From: Candidatus Collierbacteria bacterium RIFOXYD2_FULL_45_13
GTDB lineage: Bacteria; Patescibacteriota; Microgenomatia; UBA1400; MFAQ01
NCBI GenBank assembly: GCA_001774685.1
Contig: MFAS01000001.1
Coordinates: 223,557 to 287,556 of the forward strand
Direction of reading: 5' to 3'
DNA: 64,000 bases
The notes under the pieces are model-generated. The model worked only from the letters and a program-made list of their open reading frames with translations. It was not told where the DNA came from and ran no database searches. Positions 26,416 through 35,082 of this stretch are shown one piece after another. A program made the position numbers and the translations under genes. Numbering within the stretch: position 1 is the stretch's first letter; the number at the start of each line of letters is the position of its first letter.

Positions 26416-27657
26416 TTATCTTAAATCAGAAACCACTAATTCCGCTATATCGTTACCAAGCTTCACCGCATAATTTGTTCCGCGATCAAAAGGATACACC
26501 ATACTCATGTTTGCTAAATAGACCCCCGAACCCAATCTGGAATTGGGGATCATCCGGGAGTAGTTCACCGGAAACACCGGCTGGGCAAACGGCTCTCTAA
26601 ACAGAAACGACTTCTTGATCAACCTTTTGTTGAAATGTGTATTAATTTTTTTAATAAATGGAGAATAGATTTTCAAGAGCTGTTCCTCGTTCATTTTGAG
26701 CTGTTTGTGTCCTTCCGGTAAATAATTCCCTAAATACACAAGCCTTTTCCCTCCATAGTGTTTTTTGTCTATCATGTTAGTGTGTTCCACCATGACTAAA
26801 AAAGGAAAGTCCTTCTCCAAAATATTCAGCCAGTATCCATTAATTAACTTTCTGGATGTTTCCAAAATCAGTGTTTGCCCCCACAGATAGTCTATCTCTG
26901 GAATCGTGAGGCCTCTCACCATTTTTGCTGCTATTGGTGCCGGCGTGGTAACCACCACTGAGTCAAATCTCTCACCATCTACCAATACTCCATCGCCATC
27001 TATTTCAATCCTTTCCACCATTACCCCTGTTCTAATTTCGCCTCCATGCCTTTTGATATACTCCTCAGTCTTTCTTATCAACCCCTCAAATCCTCCCTCA
27101 AAGTACCCCAGATTCTTGGTTCTCTTGGCTACACGGCTCCAAAACCAAGCTAGGTTAACTTCGTTTACATGTGGTCCGAACTTCGCCTTCAATAGTTTCT
27201 CCCAAACAACTTTGTAGCCCTCTCTCCCGAGCAGTTTGGGTAGAACCTCCACAGCGTGATATTTTTCCAGAAACATCCCATTGGGCAATAGCTTAAGAAG
27301 CATCAGCCCCATCCCCATGTGTAATCTTGCCCAAAGGCTAATACCGGAAAACTTCAAAAGAGAAATAGGGGAGTCGAGTGGTGTTTCCTTGCCATGGTAA
27401 TAGCTATTTGTTTGCGGATGCAGAATTAACGTCTTCGCTCCGACTTTCTTTGCGAGCTCTAAAACATCCTTATCATTCGTAAAAACATGATGATAAAAAT
27501 TCTCCAGGTTCCACCTCCACTCATCTTCACGAAATCCCCGTGCCAAACCTCCACACTCCTTTTTTGACTCAAATATCACCGGAGTTATACCCATGTCCAC
27601 CAGACGAACGGCACAACTCAAACCGGTAAACCCTCCCCCAATAACTGCTACGCGCAT
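26416..27657 (-). CDS. glf: UDP-galactopyranose mutase-like flavoenzyme
   Basis: Rossmann motif VAVIGGGFTGL. GGLARGF and the HHVFTNDK block match the Glf HIFHTNDK region. I set the start at the internal ATG (MRVAV) that abuts the upstream stop codon. Confidence 0.65.
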   Translation of the reverse strand: MRVAVIGGGFTGLSCAVRLVDMGITPVIFESKKECGGLARGFREDEWRWNLENFYHHVFTNDKDVLELAKKVGAKTLILHPQTNSYYHGKETPLDSPISLLKFSGISLWARLHMGMGLMLLKLLPNGMFLEKYHAVEVLPKLLGREGYKVVWEKLLKAKFGPHVNEVNLAWFWSRVAKRTKNLGYFEGGFEGLIRKTEEYIKRHGGEIRTGVMVERIEIDGDGVLVDGERFDSVVVTTPAPIAAKMVRGLTIPEIDYLWGQTLILETSRKLINGYWLNILEKDFPFLVMVEHTNMIDKKHYGGKRLVYLGNYLPEGHKQLKMNEEQLLKIYSPFIKKINTHFNKRLIKKSFLFREPFAQPVFPVNYSRMIPNSRLGSGVYLANMSMVYPFDRGTNYAVKLGNDIAELVVSDLR

Positions 27658-27661
27658 GTGT

Positions 27662-29059
27662 CTATAGCGCCAGAAGTATTCCGATAACTGCGAGCAGGAG
27701 GCCACCACCAAAAGCTGCCACACCAGGGAAGTCTAGAATGCCTGCATCCGGAAGAACTGTCGGTTGTGCTGCGGCTACATAAACCGTGGGTGCCACAGTA
27801 ATAGGTGTTTCTACAAACTCGGTCGGTTGCGCTGCTGCAGGTTGTGTAGCCGTTGCTCTTGCAGTAGGGCGCGCCGTTGGAGCTGCTGTTACTTGTGGGC
27901 AGACACAGTTGTCGGCATCCAAACAAGCTTCTTTCCTACACTTACTGGTAACCGAATCACAGGATAGTCCTGTCGTACACTCAGAGTCTGCGGTACAAGT
28001 GTGATTACATCCAACTACCGTACTCACTATCAAATCATTGGATGCTTCAAATGTGGTTCCTCCAGCCCCCACCACGGCGACATTCTTAACACTAAAGCCG
28101 TTTGTAGCCCCATCGCTGACTTTAACTCTAAATCCGAAGGTAGCAGTTTGACCGGCTTTTATAGTCAATCCTTTACAAGACATCAAACTATTGGCTGGAG
28201 TATAGGAACAACCAGCGCTCGCATCCATCAGCGTTAACAGGTCTTGGTGCTCACCATCAAGGGTGTCCGCAATAGTTACACCCGTTGCGTCCACTGCTCC
28301 GGTATTCGTAATTGCGATCGCGTAAACGAAGATCTGATTCTTGGAAACGGCATCAATTTCTGTGGTATAGGTATACCGTCCGGCCGAGTTACCAGAGTCA
28401 TTCTGATATGCTTTCTTGGTAACGGATATAGCATCTGCACAGACACTCGTGGCCGCACAAGACTTGGTTGTTGCTACTCCACATGAGTTAGTGCAGGTAG
28501 AAATAGTCGAAGCTGCTTTTCCACACTCCGTCGAACAGTCTGGGCTACAAGTGATAGTCGCAGTAGCTACACAAACAGAGGTCGTTGTTACGGTACAAGC
28601 TGTTGATCCTGAATAACAAACCGATATTCCGTCTGTTTTTTTACATCTTCCATCCTCCGTATCACACTTCAGTCCGGTACCGCAATTGATATCTGATGTA
28701 CAGGTAGCACACTCAACTCCAGGGGTCGTTGTCGGGCATTTAGTCATATCTTTGGTCCATTTCCCCCCGGCAGAAGGACAGCAAAAATCTGTTCCGCCAC
28801 ACGCAGCTACTCTGCCTGCATAAGTACAAATACTATCCTCCGAGCTTCCATCTGCTTCAGGAGGAGTGCAGTTCCGAAGCACTCCGTCGCTTCCGGGACA
28901 CTCTTCTTTACATCCAGCCGCACGAGGAATACTACCAGGGGCTGTCGGCACAATCCCTTGTCCGGTACTAAGTCTATAAGAGATATAGACAGCTCCAACC
29001 ACTACCAATGCCATAAGTATCATTGCGATTATGGCCAGTATATTTTTCTTTTTATTCAT
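27662..29059 (-). CDS. Cys-rich cell-surface protein with a DUF11 repeat domain and a C-terminal LPDAG sorting signal
   Basis: N-terminal signal/anchor helix, many Cys residues, a DUF11 block (YAIAITNTGAVDATGVTIADTL), and a C-terminal LPDAGILDFPGVAAFGGGLLLAVIGILLAL. Confidence 0.6.
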   Translation of the reverse strand: MNKKKNILAIIAMILMALVVVGAVYISYRLSTGQGIVPTAPGSIPRAAGCKEECPGSDGVLRNCTPPEADGSSEDSICTYAGRVAACGGTDFCCPSAGGKWTKDMTKCPTTTPGVECATCTSDINCGTGLKCDTEDGRCKKTDGISVCYSGSTACTVTTTSVCVATATITCSPDCSTECGKAASTISTCTNSCGVATTKSCAATSVCADAISVTKKAYQNDSGNSAGRYTYTTEIDAVSKNQIFVYAIAITNTGAVDATGVTIADTLDGEHQDLLTLMDASAGCSYTPANSLMSCKGLTIKAGQTATFGFRVKVSDGATNGFSVKNVAVVGAGGTTFEASNDLIVSTVVGCNHTCTADSECTTGLSCDSVTSKCRKEACLDADNCVCPQVTAAPTARPTARATATQPAAAQPTEFVETPITVAPTVYVAAAQPTVLPDAGILDFPGVAAFGGGLLLAVIGILLAL

Positions 29060-29064
29060 TATCT

Positions 29065-30549
29065 TTATGGCTTGGTGCTAACTAATCCTTCAAACTTTAT
29101 AGTGCCCGATTGAGTCACAGTGTAGTCATAATAAGGTTTCTTGTTCTCTGTATCCAGATATCCGGTACTAGCGTACTCCACTGGAGCTGCAGTCCCTACA
29201 GTTACTTTGAATTTGGCTTTCAGGTTTGCCATACTCGCGGTAATCACCAGTCTAATCTTGTCATTGATCTTTAGTGAACTCTTTTGGGTTTGTGTCATCG
29301 GTGTTGTGCTAAAAGTACCGTCTGCGTTCTGCGCATACAACTGTATCTCCATACAGGCACCTGCCGTCCCACCCCCAGTTCCCGGAGGTGTCGGTGTTGT
29401 TGTCGTTGTCGGGCAGCTCTTCACACAACAGTTAGCTACGCTTCTGGGTCTTAGTCCAGCTTCGCACTTCCCATTACTCACCATTTTAGAAATCCTACAG
29501 ATCGCCAGCCTGCCGCCACACCTTATCTCTCCCCCTCCACCCGTCCCCCCTGTTCCTCCACCGCCTACACCACCACCTCCACTCCCAGTCCCTCCCCCTC
29601 CTCCGGTAGAACCGCCTCCACTGCCAATAGGATAATATTCACAGTCACCCGCGACATAATATCCGTGCAGTGGGGGAAGATCACAGAATTCGGTATCTGA
29701 ACCTTGGTCAATACAGTCAGGTGTGGTACACTCACATCCTGCCGCGTCAGGGTTCTGAATACAACCTCCAGTAGGGGTCGGTACTTCGACGGGCGGAATA
29801 CCTCCTCCTGTATACGGAGTCGGTGTTGCCGTCGCTGTCGGAGGCTTTGGTGTTGCCGTCGGTGTCTTTGTTACGGTCGGTGATGCGGTTGGAGTACCTG
29901 GTGTTGCTGTCGGTGGACTTGGTGCTCTTGTCGCCACTACAGTTGGCGTCCTGGTAGGCGTTGGGGTTCCACACGTTTTGCCTGTGTTTTCCCAAGTTTC
30001 ACTACGACATATCTGCTCTTGACCATCTTTGCACCTGGTATGGCCTTCGTCGCTGCAGTAATTGGCCGCCATCGGCTCACTTTCCGGCGCCGTCGGGGCT
30101 ATTGCCTGTCGGCTACTAACTCTACTAGAAACTACATAAGCTCCTACTGCTGCACCAACTACCAAAAACAACGCAATCACGCCCATTAATACTTGAGGTA
30201 TTTTGCTTTTTGGTTTTTGATCCGGCCATTGCGCTTCCGGTTGAATTTCTTGTGAAGCCGAAGGAATCGAAGTGGTTGTCGTTGTAGTAGTTGCCTGCGG
30301 AGCCACCGTATCCGGAGTAGCAGTTGGCATTACTGTAGATGTCATTGTTTCGGAAGGAGTGGTGGTAGTAGTAGTTACCGGAGAAACAATGTCCTGAGAA
30401 GGACTCGGCATTACTGTCGAAGTCATTGTTTCTGATGGTGTTGTCGTGGTCGTTGTAGTTACCGGAGCGTCTAAACTTGGCTCGGGAATTATTGGATCCG
30501 ACGCAAGTGGCTGACTCGAAGATTGGTTCAAAGGATTTTGTGGGTCCAT
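29065..30549 (-). CDS. Thr/Pro-rich, Gly-rich and Cys-rich membrane-anchored surface protein (paralog)
   Basis: Roughly 110-aa Thr-rich N-terminal tail with a tandem repeat, then a TM helix (IALFLVVGAAVGAYVV), Cys-rich modules, a poly-Gly tract, and a C-terminal beta-rich domain. Confidence 0.55.
   Translation of the reverse strand: MDPQNPLNQSSSQPLASDPIIPEPSLDAPVTTTTTTTPSETMTSTVMPSPSQDIVSPVTTTTTTPSETMTSTVMPTATPDTVAPQATTTTTTTSIPSASQEIQPEAQWPDQKPKSKIPQVLMGVIALFLVVGAAVGAYVVSSRVSSRQAIAPTAPESEPMAANYCSDEGHTRCKDGQEQICRSETWENTGKTCGTPTPTRTPTVVATRAPSPPTATPGTPTASPTVTKTPTATPKPPTATATPTPYTGGGIPPVEVPTPTGGCIQNPDAAGCECTTPDCIDQGSDTEFCDLPPLHGYYVAGDCEYYPIGSGGGSTGGGGGTGSGGGGVGGGGTGGTGGGGEIRCGGRLAICRISKMVSNGKCEAGLRPRSVANCCVKSCPTTTTTPTPPGTGGGTAGACMEIQLYAQNADGTFSTTPMTQTQKSSLKINDKIRLVITASMANLKAKFKVTVGTAAPVEYASTGYLDTENKKPYYDYTVTQSGTIKFEGLVSTKP
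30319..30462. repeat. In-frame tandem repeat of two roughly 84-bp units encoding VTTTTTT(T)PSETMTSTVMP
   Basis: Direct repeat visible at both the DNA and protein levels inside the 29065-30549 gene. Confidence 0.5.
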
Positions 30550-30623
30550 CTCTGTGTATTGCGGTCCAATAAACTAGGACCTGCTTTCACTATATCTATT
30601 ATTTTTGTCAACGTCAACAATTT

Positions 30624-31763
30624 TTATAATGCCAGTAATATTCCCACTATTGCCAGTAACAGCCCACCTCCAAAAGCTGCCAATCCGGGCATATCCAAAA
30701 TTCCTGTTTCCGGTAATACGGTCGGCCGAGCAGTCACTTGAGCGATTGGTTTAGTTGTCGGCGATGTTGGTTGAGATGTCGGTGGTTCTGTCGGACCTGG
30801 GGCCTGGGGACAAACGCAGTTTTCCTCACCCATACAGGAAGCCTTTCGACATCTGTTTGTGGCTGTATCGCAAACCAACCCGGCAAAACATTCGGAATCT
30901 TTCGAACAGGATCCATTGCACGAAATATTTTTTGTATCACCTGGACAACTTTCAGTCGCCGGACATGTTTTATCGGTCGCTACACCGCAAGAATTGGTAC
31001 AGGAAATGGTTGAAGTAGCTTGTCCACACTCGGTAGGACACGTTGTCGAGCACGCTAATTCCCCCGTGACCACACAAGGTGGAGCGGTAGGAGAGGCGGT
31101 CGGAGATGCAGACGGAGTGGTGGTTGCCGTTGGGGTAGGAGTGGGAGTTGGTGTCGCTGTAGCTGTGGGGGTGGGTGTTCTGGTCGGTGTCGGTGTTCTG
31201 GTTTGACGTGGGCGAGGTGTGCCGGTATTTCCGCCGGTATCTGGAGTGCAGTATGCACTCGTTCCACTTCGTACACAGTGGTACTGTCTGGGGCAAATTG
31301 TATGGTAACAAGGATTCTGCCCACCAGTACCCTGACAAGTACAAGTGCTAGTGTCCGGCATATCTGGACACGAACATGATTTTGCCGGATCACTACAGTT
31401 TCCTCGCTCCGTTCCATCATAGCAACTCGAAGCTAATGGTTCGCTTTCCGGCGCTGTTGGGGCAACTGCTTGTCTGCTACTCACCCTACTCGATACTACA
31501 TATGCTCCCACCGCGGCACCAACTACCAAAAACAAAGCAATCACACCCATTAATATTTTTGGAACTTTACTGATTGGTTTTTGTTCCGGCCATTGGGTTT
31601 CTACTGGTGTTTCCTGACTCGCGGTGGGGATTGTTGTTGTGGTTGTTGTCGTCGTCATCATAGGAGCCGCTTCAGGAACCGGCATTAACGGCTGATTTGG
31701 GTCTTGGTTCAATGGATTCTGTGGGTCCATATTATTTCGTCCACTTCTTTGACACACTGCCAA
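30624..31763 (-). CDS. Mosaic Cys-rich surface protein with an N-terminal TM anchor and a C-terminal LPETG sorting signal
   Basis: The N-terminal roughly 100 aa are near-identical to the 29065-30549 product. The Cys-rich core and C-terminal LPETGILDMPGLAAFGGGLLLAIVGILLAL are near-identical to the 27662-29059 product. Confidence 0.6.
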   Translation of the reverse strand: MAVCQRSGRNNMDPQNPLNQDPNQPLMPVPEAAPMMTTTTTTTTIPTASQETPVETQWPEQKPISKVPKILMGVIALFLVVGAAVGAYVVSSRVSSRQAVAPTAPESEPLASSCYDGTERGNCSDPAKSCSCPDMPDTSTCTCQGTGGQNPCYHTICPRQYHCVRSGTSAYCTPDTGGNTGTPRPRQTRTPTPTRTPTPTATATPTPTPTPTATTTPSASPTASPTAPPCVVTGELACSTTCPTECGQATSTISCTNSCGVATDKTCPATESCPGDTKNISCNGSCSKDSECFAGLVCDTATNRCRKASCMGEENCVCPQAPGPTEPPTSQPTSPTTKPIAQVTARPTVLPETGILDMPGLAAFGGGLLLAIVGILLAL

Positions 31764-33063
31764 TAAGCAGCATAAGAATTCCTAGAATTGCAAACCCTAA
31801 GGTGGTCGTTAGACCACCGGCGTCTGTCAAGTCTTCGGAGCTAGTGTCCGGCATGGATGTCGCCGGTGTGGGCGAGATCCCAATCAGACCTGTCGGTGTC
31901 GCTGAGGGTGTTGCGGTAAAGGCCGGCTGATTGCTTAACATTACCGTGAAGGTTCTCACTAATTTTTGTACTTGGTTGACACTGTCGGTATATTCCACTG
32001 TCAGTGTGTGTAGGCCTGGATCCAATTTCAGGGGTGGGGTCCACGTCCAGACACCATCACTACTTGCTTGAACTACTTGAACTTGCTCCACCGATTGGAG
32101 GGTTAGCTTTACCACGGACCCTGCCGGGGCTTTTCCTCGCAGCTCTGGCTTATCAGTTGCGATGATCTCTCCGTTTGTTGCCGGATTCAAAATTTTTACC
32201 GAAGAGGTGGCCTCCAACTGTTCAGTTAGGATCAGTATGTTCGCCTCCAACTGGAACCCGGCACCCGTCTGTGCACTAGGTGTTGCCCCCTCCAGTCCGG
32301 CTATTAGCTGACCAGTATCGGAAAAACTTTGATTCTTGCCCAGAACAATATCGGGAACTGGTTTTGCTTTGCTGGTGTCTGTCAGGGCGGTGGCCGTCCC
32401 GGTATTCCCCGCTCGGACAAAGATCGACAAAAGCGTTTTTTCCGGATCATAGGTCAAGACATTGCCACCCTCGTCCCGTGAGCTAGCCAAATTAAGCCGC
32501 CAAGTACCATCGGTCTTGGTGATGGTGGACAGGGCTTGGCCACCCTCCGCTTCTACAAAAACAATACTCCCGCTAACCGGATCTCCTGTATCACGGACCA
32601 CTTTCCCAAAGATGATATCCTCCGGTGGGGCAATCGCTTGTGCTGTCGTTCGAACTGAAAAAGGCTTACCGTTGTCATCATAAGTACCTGACCCGGAAAC
32701 GATTAGAAAATAATAGGTGGTGCTAGCAGCCAATCCTGATACATTGACGGTATGACTGTTATAACTTTGGGAAGTTCCGGAAATTTGATCTCGTACATCA
32801 CCGGCAGGAGTTACTATTTTTGCCGGATCTTGGGAATATTTGGTTAGACCGGTAAGAGGAGTATCGGTTGTCCAGCTGACACTAAAGGTGGTGGCATTTA
32901 GATTAGAAATCTTTAAGTTTTTCGGACTTTCCGACGGACCGGCTTTAGACTCCAGCCCTTGTCTCGTGTTTACCAGAATTACTCCGGCCACCAAACCAGC
33001 AATGAGAATAAATATTCCCAGCATCGTCGGTATTCGTTTGGACATGAGTCCTTTAGTGGCCAT
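31732..33063 (-). CDS. Fibronectin-type-III-domain surface protein with a C-terminal sorting-signal-like anchor
   Basis: Signal/anchor helix, FN3 signature (PKNLKISNLNATTFSVSWTT), and a C-terminal LTDAGG followed by a hydrophobic helix and a KKWTK tail. Confidence 0.55.
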   Translation of the reverse strand: MATKGLMSKRIPTMLGIFILIAGLVAGVILVNTRQGLESKAGPSESPKNLKISNLNATTFSVSWTTDTPLTGLTKYSQDPAKIVTPAGDVRDQISGTSQSYNSHTVNVSGLAASTTYYFLIVSGSGTYDDNGKPFSVRTTAQAIAPPEDIIFGKVVRDTGDPVSGSIVFVEAEGGQALSTITKTDGTWRLNLASSRDEGGNVLTYDPEKTLLSIFVRAGNTGTATALTDTSKAKPVPDIVLGKNQSFSDTGQLIAGLEGATPSAQTGAGFQLEANILILTEQLEATSSVKILNPATNGEIIATDKPELRGKAPAGSVVKLTLQSVEQVQVVQASSDGVWTWTPPLKLDPGLHTLTVEYTDSVNQVQKLVRTFTVMLSNQPAFTATPSATPTGLIGISPTPATSMPDTSSEDLTDAGGLTTTLGFAILGILMLLIGSVSKKWTK

Positions 33064-33064
33064 T

Positions 33065-33373
33065 TTATTGTGGTGTAGTTATTGGCGCGGATTCTGTTGC
33101 TAACAACGGAGCGGTGGGTGACACTGTCACTTGCGGGGCTGTTACTAACCCGTCGATCTCCGCTTGAGTCACGAACGTCCTTTTATCCAAATTATTTATC
33201 ACTTTTTCATTAACGGTGCCATCGATTGGCTTTATTATTTCAATCTGTTCCGGGGTTAACTGTGTTTTTGTCGCGGCGGAAAATATCTGAAATGCCAGTA
33301 TTCCACCGACGATCGATAATCCCATGATACCTATTAATAATACATAAACAGAGAGTGTCTTTCTAGGGCGCAT
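33065..33373 (-). CDS. Small membrane-anchored protein (hypothetical)
   Basis: I set the start at the ATG preceded by AAGGAGG. It has one TM helix and a Thr/Pro-rich C-terminus. Confidence 0.35.
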   Translation of the reverse strand: MRPRKTLSVYVLLIGIMGLSIVGGILAFQIFSAATKTQLTPEQIEIIKPIDGTVNEKVINNLDKRTFVTQAEIDGLVTAPQVTVSPTAPLLATESAPITTPQ

Positions 33374-33535
33374 ATCCCAACCTCCTTTCGTAGCGAAAGC
33401 CTGTATTTTCGAGCGAAAAGTGTGAAGTGGGACGAAGGTGTAATAAAAACATATTACATCTAGGAGCACTGAAGACTTTGCAGCTGAAAAGACAGGGTTG
33501 TAGCAGAATGCAGGTTGGGAGGTGCGACCTTAATT

Positions 33536-34192
33536 TCATGACTCTGAATAAAAATAAAAATAAACTAGACCATTTGCTTTGATGGTCTTGATCCCCTTAG
33601 TCGTCGTTGGTTCGGAGGATAGGGTGATACTATCCAGAATTGCCAGTCTGTCCAGGTTTTCCATTTCGTTTAGGAAGCCATCGATATTAGTCGGGTCTCC
33701 TGTTACCGTGAAAGACACACCCGTTTGGATGATATTGCTCGGGTTCTTTGTGAGGATTTTTAGCGACCAGTCACCAAACCCCTTTCCGTTACCAAACACT
33801 CTCACTCCTGGCACGCTCACTGTTTGCACTGTCAGTCCAAATCTCCTTGCAATCAGCTCTATCCTTCCAGCCATATCGTAATACGAGAACTCATTGGGAA
33901 TTGCTTCATCGAATAAATGCAGCTTATCTTGAAACTTGTTTATATCCGCCTGGGCGGCAAACACTTGAGCAATCTTGTTATCCGCCTTTTTGTTTACCGA
34001 GTCCAAATCCTCCACCTTTTTCTGCAACGAGGCCACGTTAGCAAGGGTTGGTCGAATGGCAGCAAATATTAGCAGGGTTACAGTAAACACCGAAAGGATT
34101 ACTTCCAGAGATGCCTTTACCTCCGGCCTTTGGTAAATCAGACTAATTCTCTGATAGAAAAGAGAATATTTTTCGTTGTTTATTAATGCCAT
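33536..34192 (-). CDS. pilO: Type IV pilus assembly protein PilO-like
   Basis: N-terminal TM helix, then a coiled coil, then a C-terminal beta-rich domain. It lies immediately downstream of the PilN-like gene. Confidence 0.6.
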   Translation of the reverse strand: MALINNEKYSLFYQRISLIYQRPEVKASLEVILSVFTVTLLIFAAIRPTLANVASLQKKVEDLDSVNKKADNKIAQVFAAQADINKFQDKLHLFDEAIPNEFSYYDMAGRIELIARRFGLTVQTVSVPGVRVFGNGKGFGDWSLKILTKNPSNIIQTGVSFTVTGDPTNIDGFLNEMENLDRLAILDSITLSSEPTTTKGIKTIKANGLVYFYFYSES

Positions 34193-34737
34193 TATTGAAA
34201 TGTAGTCTGAATATTAAACTTTACCGTCCCCGTTGTTTGATCAAAACTAGTCTCTTTCATTGATAGTCGGGCAACTCCGCGGAACTTTTTGAGACCCTGG
34301 AGCAGCTGAGCAAATCCCAACTCTGAGTCTGACTCTCCTACCAGTGCCATTCCGTTCTTGTCGATGATGAGCTTGTCCAGTCTGACACCGGCCGGCATAA
34401 CCCGGCTTAGCTCATCATATCTTTCGTTGAATTCCAAGTTTTTGGTCAGATATCCGTTTACTGGTGCTTGTTTTGCCAGAATTGTCCGCATGATTCTCTC
34501 TGTGTCGGAAAATGCCTGAATCTGAGCCTGTTTTTGGTCGACCTCTTCTTTTAGATCATTTACTTTCTTATCAAAGTAAAACCGTGACCCGAAAGCCAGT
34601 AACACCACAAACTCCGTTAGGACGACCAGGACTCTCCCGGAGGTCGTTGCCCACGTCAGAAACTTTCCCAAAGTTGAATAGTTAAAGCTATCTTTAGGTA
34701 GTAAGTTGATATGAAAAACACCTTGCTGGGCAGCCAC
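34192..34737 (-). CDS. pilN: Type IV pilus assembly protein PilN-like
   Basis: N-terminal INLLP signature, a TM helix, then a coiled coil. Confidence 0.7.
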   Translation of the reverse strand: MAAQQGVFHINLLPKDSFNYSTLGKFLTWATTSGRVLVVLTEFVVLLAFGSRFYFDKKVNDLKEEVDQKQAQIQAFSDTERIMRTILAKQAPVNGYLTKNLEFNERYDELSRVMPAGVRLDKLIIDKNGMALVGESDSELGFAQLLQGLKKFRGVARLSMKETSFDQTTGTVKFNIQTTFQ

Positions 34738-34781
34738 ACTTTCAGTATATCAAAGCGGGGGAACGAAAAATACCTCTCGTC

Positions 34782-35018
34782 TTAAGCGGCCACTTTTTTG
34801 GAGAGTCTGGCCTTGATCCTGTCGGCTTTTCCCTTTTTGATGACTCCCTTTTTGGCGGCGCGGTCTACAGCCGAAAAGGCTTTACCAAGCGATTCTAATG
34901 ACAGTAGCTTTTTGAATTCATCTACAGCAGACTTAGCTTTGGTTTTGGTCGATCTGTTAAACGTGGCCTTTTTTTTGTCGGCTCTTAGTTTCTTGATTGC
35001 GGATTTGGTTATAGGCAT
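34782..35018 (-). CDS. rpsT: 30S ribosomal protein S20
   Basis: 78 aa with the conserved basic signature: MPITKSAIKKLRADKKKATFNRSTKTKAKSA... Confidence 0.85.
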   Translation of the reverse strand: MPITKSAIKKLRADKKKATFNRSTKTKAKSAVDEFKKLLSLESLGKAFSAVDRAAKKGVIKKGKADRIKARLSKKVAA

Positions 35019-35082
35019 GCGCTTATTTTATCATGACCTTCTGCTTATGGCGCATCTATGTTTCCTGAATTAAAATAGCTAA

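Noticed and set aside
27764-28616. Several 60-80-aa plus-strand ORFs inside the Cys-rich surface-protein genes. The same occurs at 29141-29635 and 30738-31206.
   Set aside because: They are antisense to strongly supported coding regions. Their Cys/Gly/Val-rich translations mirror the biased composition of the opposite strand.
29500-30470. Repetitive DNA that might be read as a CRISPR array or a mobile-element repeat
   Set aside because: The repeats are in-frame coding repeats (poly-Gly tract and 84-bp Thr-rich units) inside one ORF. There are no regular spacer-sized unique segments and no cas genes.
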